A stretch of 64,000 nucleotides of DNA from Eledone cirrhosa (taxonomy: Eukaryota), in contig OZ024743.1 of assembly GCA_964016885.1 (NCBI GenBank), forward strand, positions 180,668,001 to 180,732,000. Direction: 5' to 3'. This document shows, in pieces, positions 55,232 to 64,000 of this stretch. Below the pieces are notes generated by a model. The model saw nothing but the letters and a program-made list of their open reading frames with translations, was not told where the DNA came from and made no database searches. The translations under genes were made by a program, and so were the position numbers. Positions within the stretch are counted from its first letter, which is position 1; the number at the start of each line of letters is the position of its first letter.

Positions 55232-56760
55232 ATGGACCTCTCAAACAAAGATGAAAAGTTGGCCCAGGCATGGAAGTTCATCAAGCAAGAGCAAACTTGG
55301 GCCAACTTAACTGTCCCGGTAGAAGCTATTGAGGCAGTGGAGCGCAAAACGGTGCATTATAGATGCATCTCAGCACAAACCAAAATGGCAGCGTTAATCC
55401 CACAAGAAGATGTCGATGTCGCGCTGAGGTGCATCAGAGAAGACACCCAGTACATAGAGAGGGGCAGACAGTACGGCACCATTTCGGTGTTGTTCAAGTC
55501 AGAAGCCCTCGCTATGAAATACGCGATGACTCCTTGCAAAACCAGCAAGGTCATAATGTACCCCTCCCACATGGGAAAAAGAAAGGCCTGTCTCCGCATT
55601 CCCAGAATCCCACCAGGACTTGACATGTGGTGTCTTCTGGGATGTGTGATTGTGGAGGGAACGGATACAGTCCCTATAGAATTGACCAGAACGGCCAGAG
55701 AGGACTGGTCCGGGGTTGACCTGGAGATCCTTCTCCAGATCAGGCCCGAGAATGTGAAGACAATCCCAGACCACATCCGCCTTCAGAATGGGACTGTCAT
55801 TCACATTATGACCGAAGGCAAAAGGCCGAAGTGTTTTGTTTGTGGGGAAAAAACCCATTTGCGAGCCTTCTGCCCTCAACTGCTGAAAGAGGCAAGGGGT
55901 CGAAAGGCTCCACTGCTGCCGACGCCGGGGCGAGGACCACAACCAACACCTGCACCGGCAAAACCACCAACAACAACACCAATAGAAAGACCACCACCAA
56001 CATTGACCACCCAGTGGGAAATGAGGAAAGCTGTCAAATTCCCCCCCCCCCCCAAATACACACACCAATAAAACCTTAAACATACATACAGACGCACTTA
56101 CAGACACAGACCCCTCATCTACCAGTAGTGGAAATGAGGGAAATCCAAAATCCCCCAAAATACAAAAAAGGAAACACAAAAAGAAAAAGAAAAACTCAAC
56201 AAAGCACAAAAGCACCCATAATAAAAAACGCAGACACCACCCACGCAAACATCTCTCCAATAACACCAACATCAACACCACCATCACCAGAATCCCCCAA
56301 ACGCAAACAACCGAAACAGACGCAAGAACAAATATACACACAAACATCTGAAACCACAGACACCGCACTCACAACAAACACAGATACAACCGAAACACCA
56401 CCACCGAAACCATCACCACCACAGCCACGCAAACAAATAAAATCACACCAACAAAACATACAAAACTTCGTGCTCGTCAGGAGGGCCAACAAGGAACTGA
56501 TGGCCCTCGTCGCACGAAATGAAAATATACAAAAAGAGGGGCACATTTTTAAATCGAGCACATTTCGCGTGCCAGAAGATTCGGTTCTGGTGCGAATGTC
56601 GCTCGACATATTCAACGAAATACGAGACAGCTTTCCTCGGGACGTGGGAACCCCCAACGTAAATCCCACTTCAGGACTTTTAAAGGGGTTCCCAAAAGAA
56701 TTCCCACTAACTATGGAGGTCGAACAACCCGACCTTCACAAGAGCCCGGAAGGTAAGTAA
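55232..56760 (+). pseudogene. LINE ORF1 (gag-like, CCHC knuckle), frameshifted at a poly-C run near 56041
   Basis: EGKRPKCFVCGEKTHLRAFCP and a Pro/Thr-rich C-terminal region. The true start is probably near 54739. Confidence 0.82.
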
Positions 56761-56791
56761 ACCTTCCTCTCTCTCTGTTTAACCTGCCAAC

Positions 56792-59700
56792 ATGGCCGTA
56801 TTTAGAGTAGGATGTTTAAATAGGTCACCTGCTCAACGACCTCAGGTCTATAGAAATGGATGTAATTGCAGTCAGCGAGACCAGGATTTCCGACACGCGC
56901 GCACTAGCCCCCATTTTCGACGACTATCAGATCTTTGCATCTGTTAGCCGGCCGGGAATGGGAGGCGGGGTGGCAGTGCTGTTTAGGAAAGGCCTGGATC
57001 TCGAGGGAAGCTGGTGGTCCTGGACGTGAACAATAATGAAGGTGTACCTTTAGACTGGTGGCCGTCTATGCTCCTACTGGGGCAGGACGGCCGGACTTCT
57101 TTAGACGCCTAGAAGCCTTTCTGGGTACGTCTCGCCCTTTACTGTTAGCGGGGGACTGGAACGGCATCTTAGACGCACGCTAGGACTGTGTGGAAGTATC
57201 CGATAGGAGCGGGGGGTGCAAAAGCCTCAAGAACCTGATCAGCCAGTTCCAACTGTCTGACAGGTACCGACTAGATTTCCCTAATGCGCCAGTGTGGACC
57301 TGGGCTAACCGCATAGGGTCATCTAGATCGTATATAGACAGGATATTCATGAGGAAAATAGACAGAAATAGTGTAAGCTGTCCACGTTTTGAAACGGTCG
57401 CCTATTCAGATAACAAGTTTGTGATCTGTATGGTCGACCTAGATAAGACGCGTAAGTTAGGACCTGGTTACTGGAAGCTAAACATGTCATTTCCGGCATG
57501 TAAGGCTTACAGGGACCAGGTCAACAATTTAGTTAAGAAAAAGTTGACAGGGGGAGTCGTCAACAATAGATGCTGGGGGCTCTCAAAAGAGAGATTAGAG
57601 TAATGTCGATAGAGTTTAGCAAAGAAGTAGCATTAGAGAAAAATAGAAAAGAGGGGGAGTTGGTAGATAAGTTAGACGAGGCTATGGGTAGTGGCATTGC
57701 AACTGATGTGCTAGCGGCGTGAATGGCATTAGATCATTTCTTCAATGCGAAACACGAAGGTTGCATTGTCAGAGCTAAGGCGCTTGCTCTGAGAAACGAG
57801 GGAACCAAAGCTGTTCGATGGGCCCGCGTGGCAGAGACACAGCGTGGTGATAAAACCACGATTCGGTCTTTGACGGACCGAGACGGGCACGAGCTGAGCG
57901 ATTCCAAGAGGATGTGTGAGGCCTTTCGCCAACATTTTGCTCGGTTGTTCGGGGGAAGTGGCGGGTCAGAGATGGTGGCGGACTTCAGTCCCTACCTCGA
58001 TGGCTTGCCGCAACTCTCGACGGCTGACGCTGGACGCTGCGAAAGACCAATTACTTCAGCCGAGATTCAGGATGCCCTTGTCGGCTGCACGAGGGGCAAG
58101 TCACCCGGTTTGGATGGTCTGCCCTACGAGCTTTACGTAAATATGCCAGACTTGTTCTCCAATCTCCTCGAAGCCCTCTACTGCAACTAGCAGCAAAACG
58201 GGAGTATTCCCAGTTCTGTGAGGGCGTAGTGACGCTGATAAGGAAAGACGAGAACAAGAGGGACACATTAGACAATTTCAGGCCCATAACTTTGCTCAAC
58301 ACAGAGTTTAAGATTTTGGCCAGGGTGTTAGCGAAGAGGTTGGCGCTTGTCTTCGGGGATTTGGTTGGGGAGGCGCAAACTTGCGCAATCCCAACCAGGT
58401 CCATACACGAGAACCTCCACCTAATGCGATACATCATAGAGAGGGAGGCTGTCCTCAAGGCGGCTGGCTTCGGCCCCGTCTTCAGAAGCTGGATCGATGC
58501 AATGCATAGCGGCACCTGCTCGATGGTAAAAATTAATGGCCACCTCTCGGAACCGTTTCAGGTCTCCCGATCGGTCCGTCAAGGGTGCCCTCTCTCCTCC
58601 CTTCTGTACGTATTGACTCTCGAGCCTTTACTGCGGAAGTTGGAGCTGTTGCAGGGCATCCCGCTCGAACCGGGACGCGGAAAGGCTGTGTCGGCTTATG
58701 CGGACGACATCACCGTGATGGTGTCGGACACCTCAGAAATCGAGGTGGTCGGCAACTTATTGGAGGAATATGAAAGGTTAACGGGAGCAAAACTTAACCC
58801 GGAAAAGTCAGTAGGCTTGCAACGCGGCACCTGGAGAGGCAAGTCCATGCCGTCCAACAGCGTCGTTAGGCGCTGGACGGACGGACCGGTAAAGTTGCTA
58901 GGGGTTTGGTTCGGGCCAGACCTCCAGGTGGATAAGAATTGGGACGAGGTGACGGCAGGGTAGTCAGTCTCACCCAGAAATTGGCTGGGATGAAGCTATC
59001 ACTGAAAGGTCGGGCGGAGGTGGCGAACGCGTACATCGCGTCCGTCATCTACTACCGTCTAACTGTCGTCCCTTGCCCCCGTTCGCGCCTCGCCATCTTG
59101 GAGCGGCTCCTCTTCAAATTCTTGTGGAGTGGTCAGGTTCCGCTGGTGAAGCGGTCCATATGCTGCCAGCACCCTCTACGTGGAGGGCTGGGCATGCCGT
59201 GGCTAATGATGCGCAGGCACGCGCTGAGGCTGCGGCATCTCCAGATATTCTGCCTAAACGCTGAACAGGTGTGGTCGCCGTTTGTCAGACGGGCCTTTCC
59301 GCAGCTCGTTTCTTTGACTGAGTTGCAGTCCTGGGTCAAGAAGAGACCGAGACTGGGTGACTGGCATCTGGAATGTTGCCAGGCACTCACTGCCCTCTAC
59401 CAGGCTGGCAATGCGGTCAGTGGAACTTCCACTCTCGAGTTCTATAGAGGATTAGTGGTGGGAAAGTGCGACGACGCACTCGGAGAGGCTCTGGGAGTCA
59501 ACAAAGTCGAACTAACCAGTCTGTACCGGAGGACTTTCGAGCCGGTGACGATGGATAATTTCCAAAAATCCCTCGCTTGGCAGTGCTACCGGGGGGCACT
59601 GCCGGTTCGAAATAAACTCTACAGGCACGGAAGTGCTGTCAGACGGACCTGCCCGAGATGCGCGCAGAGCGACGAAACCATTCTGCACGCACTCGTCCAG

Positions 59701-60066
59701 TGTCCGTGCATTACTGACTTGTCGAGTTATGTTGAACAGCTGTTGTCGCGTGTAGAACGGATCCGGCTATCGGCCGAGTCCATTGTGAAGATCGACCCGT
59801 CGCCTTCTTTTGGCCAGGAAGGGCAGGCAATTTTCCTCTGTCTGGTGGCAGTAGCGAAAGAGGTTGTATGGTGGACGAGGCTGAAAGGACGGAAGACAGA
59901 CACTTTTCTCTTCGGCCAATCCCTCATCAACTTTTTCAAGTTTCACTTGGAAAGGAAGGTGAGGGTGGCGAGAGAAGTGTTGCCCCCCAGTACAGTTGCT
60001 GAAAGGTGGGTGAATGTGGCGAGAATGGTCCGTGTGAGTGGGCCTACTCTGGTCATGCGGCTGTAG
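56792..60066 (+). pseudogene. LINE ORF2 (AP endonuclease - RT - C-terminal zinc finger), multiple lesions
   Basis: VAVYAP, AGDWN, SYIDRIF, GPGYWKLN, KSPGLDGLPYE, NFRPITLLNTEFKIL, SVRQGCPLS, AYADD, CPRCAQSDETILHALVQC. Confidence 0.92.
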
Positions 60067-60430
60067 GTAGGTAAATTTGAAGAGGAGAGGGGTACCCTTC
60101 CAGGGTGCTCTCGAAGCGTCGGGTCGTTCAGGACTGGTGGGGTATCTGAGCGAACTCTAGGTGGTCATCCCCCCTATTGGGGAATTTTTTCTTGTTGTAA
60201 TTTTATAGTTACTTTATTGTTACTTTATTGTTTCTTTGTTACTGTTACTTTGTTTATTCATATTGTTTACTCGATTTTTCTGTAAAACCCCCCTGTCCCA
60301 GTCTTTTGTATTGTCCCCTATATGTCGGCCCTTGTGGCCAATAAATGAAATCATTATTATTATATATATATATATATATATATAGTGGCAATAGGAAATC
60401 AGATTTGCAGCTTGTCATGAAACTTTATTG

Positions 60431-60501
60431 CATATTACTACTGTTTCGATATCGATCAGGCGATCGGATCCCGACTGTTAATCGACACCTCCTCACATGT
60501 G
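60431..60501 (-). ncRNA. Degenerate hammerhead relic
   Basis: Minus strand CACAT-GTGAGGA-GGTGTCGATT..GATCGATATC-GAAA-CAGTAG-TA-ATATG. C3 is changed to G. Confidence 0.5.
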
Positions 60502-63179
60502 AATTTACATCCTTAGTTTGAATTTAGACTACAAAATAAACAGACTATGTTAAATATACGGAATATTTAATCTCTGAAAGAAGCGAATAGCTAAATAGAG
60601 AAAAAAAATAGGTTAAAAGTTCGGAACTCATATCTTACAATTTGAGTTGTAAAGTAACTTTGACCAAGTTTCTTTCTTGACAACTTTCTCTGGCTTCAGA
60701 AACCTAGTCTTAACAGCCAAAAGTAGGTAAAACATAATGATTTACGCTGCAGATTTTATAATCAGCAACACATTTGTTTAACTTCTTCTGGAGACTCACT
60801 GACGCTTGTACTCTCATTCAACCAAACCTATCAACATTACATGACATCAAATTATGTCGATTTAATGTTAATGAATATTCTATTTATTGTCGTTTGACGG
60901 CTTTCATGTTTTTCTTCTTTCTTTGCTGGTGTTTTGTTTCTTTTCTTTTGTTTCGTCTTTTTTTTTCCTATAAAATTTTCATTTTGTTTCTATTTTCGAA
61001 ACTCTCAAGATATCCTTTGATAGATCTTTTCAGTATATGTAACTCATTGTTTATATTTTAGTACATAAAGTTTCTATTTATATCATTGCAGTTACTTTTA
61101 TTCAGTTATTTTTTGTGATGTTTTATATCTTCAAGAAATTTTCAATACAATTTCTGTTTGATAATATCAACTTTGTGTCCGGGAATGCGTAGAATGTGCC
61201 AATTGAAGCTGTTTGGTCGAGCATTTAAGTTTCTTTACAAAACAAATAAAGATTGTCCACGAAAAATTTTTTGTTGTATTAAATAATGTGTAATACTGAA
61301 TATATTGGAGATTTACGCTTGGAAAAAGACATCAAAGTGAACCTCTAGTTCGAATTTATAATAATCACTTCGTTGTGTATAAGTATAGAATATTCTTTGA
61401 AGTTCTTAAACTGTTTAATTCTTTTATTGGGGGAATTTTCCAAGAGCGTTTTTTTTCTCTCCTCATATGCTGAGAACCGTAGAATAAAGACATAAATACA
61501 TGAGCTTTTTCTTATAAACATCCAAACAGAGGTTTCCACTCCTGGTTGCATGTATTTCATTTGTTATACGTTGTATCTCAATGAAAATTAACAACAAACA
61601 ACTTGAGGCACATGCATGGTGCCGGTAACAACTGAGGAAGTTATAAGGGGCACCGTATTTACATGCAGCGTTTCTCGGGCATATTTTAACCCTGTGTAAC
61701 TTCTGTCTGTAAAATATAGTTGACATATGTCTATATATAACAGATAATAAAATATTTCCATCATTGTATAACTTCTGTAAAATATAGTTAACATAATATG
61801 TTTATGTATAACAGATAACAAAATAAAACAAAAGATTATAAATTAAAAAATAAAAACATAGGATTGTATGGAAAATTAATCATTCCAAGCGCATATCGAA
61901 CCTGAATGACAATCATGGTTAGCAATCATCGCATTTCCTTCTCTACGATATTAACCACGAACTTAAATGGAATTTTATTACCAAAGTAATATAACCAATC
62001 AGGTTAGTGCTATAATAAACGTGTTAATTTGTTAAATACATTTCTGGCGATATTTGCTCGCAATCATTTAACTGGGTGATTTAATTGAAACAATGTTTAT
62101 TCCCAATAATTTCATATCTTCAATGCAATACTAATGTAAATTTATATCGGGCGATATTACTGAAACGCAATAAACTGCGACAAATGATTTATTGGGTTTG
62201 TATTGTCACAATTGAAAGTCATATATTCATTATTTTTTATTCATACAACGAAGATGTTCCACTCAATATTTCATAAATAAAATAGTAGGTGTATGTTTTT
62301 GATTGACACTATAACTTACATTATAAGTTATGCAACACTTTAATCTGAAGAAAAACAAATGAATTATAAAGATAGATGGAAATTTATTGAAAATTCTTCT
62401 CTTTTATTTAAAAATGTGTGGTTATGAAATGACATAAAAGAAAATTGTTTGTTTAAATTGGTAGTGTATTAGAAAAACTGTCAAGCATTCGGCAGTTCAC
62501 CTCCGATCACCAAACCATGGATAGGGTCCATAAGCTATTACAGGATTGTAGATGAAAAGTACGACTGTGTTTCACTGGCTTGAACTTAATTCAGTAACAA
62601 ACGATATTTGCTATAAACCTATAGCTTATAGCAGAGAAATTGTATATTTTAACCGCTAAAGGATATGATAACCTGACTTAGTAAAGATTTATTTAAGGGT
62701 CTCTTTGCTACAACAGTTATCATTGATGTCAAACTTAAAATATGATCTGTATCCTGCATCTCTGCCAAAGAGATTTAACATTTTGTTTATATAGGAGTAA
62801 GTTCAGCACATAGTGTCAGGACAACTGAATAGTGAAAGTAACGGGACACCATGTGATAGACGAGTGTTTTAACGCACCGCGGATGGCCTAAAAGTCCCTA
62901 TTGACTGCTGGATATGAGATGGATGCACCCTTATTATTATCGTTGCGCAAAAGTGTTAGAATCTGTAGTGGCAGTCCATTAGTGGTCCTTGCTGTAAAAT
63001 GTTTAGTTTCATCTCTCTCTGAGTTCAAATTTTACCAAATTCCCATTTGGTTGATCCCATAGTTGGTATAATTAGTACCATCAATATACTGTTATTAACT
63101 TAATCGACTAATTATTTCAATGTAAGATGTTTCATTGAAGCGAAAAGAGAAAGTAATGGAATGCTCTCAGGGTTAAAAA

Positions 63180-63353
63180 CAGACCTGCCAACCTCTAAAA
63201 ACCAAAATCAGGAGTACCATGGAAAAGAGTGTCCCAAAATGGAGAGAAATGAGGCAAAATGGAGAAATCTTACATAATGAAAAGTATACACATTTTCACA
63301 AGAGAAGACATCTCTCACCCACCCCCAAGTAGGCGGGAGAGTTGACAGGTTTG
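63180..63353. mobile_element. Small MITE-like element with imperfect terminal inverted repeats
   Basis: cagacctgccaacctct ... gagagttgacaggtttg. No clear TSD. Confidence 0.45.
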
Positions 63354-63414
63354 TAAGAAACTAAGAAGCATTCAACTACCCCATTTAATCGATTGCATCT
63401 TAAATAGTTTACTG

Positions 63415-63660
63415 AATGCGCACGGCCTAGTGGTAAGAGTGTTCGACTTACGTTCATAACGGCGTTGGTTCGATTCCTGGATTAAGTTGTGTGTTGTGTT
63501 CTTGAGCAAAACACTTGATTTCACGTTGTTCCGGTTTACTCAGCTGAAAAGGATGACAAACAACAGATGGTGGGTTTAAACCTGCGATTGACTGACGTCC
63601 TGTCTAGTATTGTACTCTCAGTTGATTCACGCCACGGAAAACAGGATAAACATCGGCATG
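63415..63660 (+). mobile_element. tRNA-derived SINE with CORE-like domain
   Basis: ggcctagtggtaag A-box, ggttcgattcc B-box, ttgtgttcttgagcaaaacactt. Homologous to 17138-17410. Confidence 0.8.
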
Positions 63661-63696
63661 AAAAGCTTTCTATCGATGATAGAAAATCTCTCTCTC

Positions 63697-63729
<33 letters not shown>

Positions 63730-64000
63730 GGTGAAAATTTATAAAATAATATATCCGGAAGAATATACATACATAGTCACACGCATACATACATATATAG
63801 ATACATACATACACATACATACATGCATACACACGCAAACAAGCGCACACCCACCCACACATATATACATATTGACAAGCAGAGACACCAACGACTAAAA
63901 AGAGATATTCTAACCAGGTTGTAACTATATATATATATTTATTTTTTTTTACGAAAGTAACTCTAAGAGGCGCATTCATTTTAAAATGAGGTTTGTGTTT

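Larger units (their letters stand above)
54739..60355 (+). mobile_element. L1/Tx1-clade non-LTR retrotransposon, decayed; 5' UTR may extend to ~53980
   Basis: ORF1 with zinc knuckle, ORF2 APE-RT-ZnF, 3' UTR ending AATAAA..(TTA)n(TA)n. Confidence 0.9.

Noticed and set aside
60500-63170. Unique-looking AT-rich region as a gene or promoter
   Set aside because: Only short ORFs without motifs. Intronic or intergenic as far as can be seen.

Overview
AT-rich animal (metazoan) genomic DNA, probably an octopus or related cephalopod (inferred from the SINE types and the extreme (TA)n content). I recognise no host gene. The window is a nest of transposable elements, almost all bordered by (TA)n microsatellite. 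It holds at least five families of Penelope-like retroelements (PLEs; RT + GIY-YIG), including two multi-kb head-to-head palindromic insertions and one near-intact element with direct pseudo-LTRs. It also holds a complete but decayed 6.8-kb Helitron, a decayed L1/Tx1-type LINE, RTE 3' fragments and tRNA-derived SINEs. The main hidden signal is about 25 type I hammerhead ribozyme (HHR) motifs in roughly 10-12 sequence families, read by eye. Most have a short palindromic stem III. Several have natural core variants (U3:A8, U4C, U.U at the base of stem II). Several lie in ORF-less, retrozyme-like repeats, such as a 468-bp HHR-delimited tandem unit. All structures are manual predictions and are untested.
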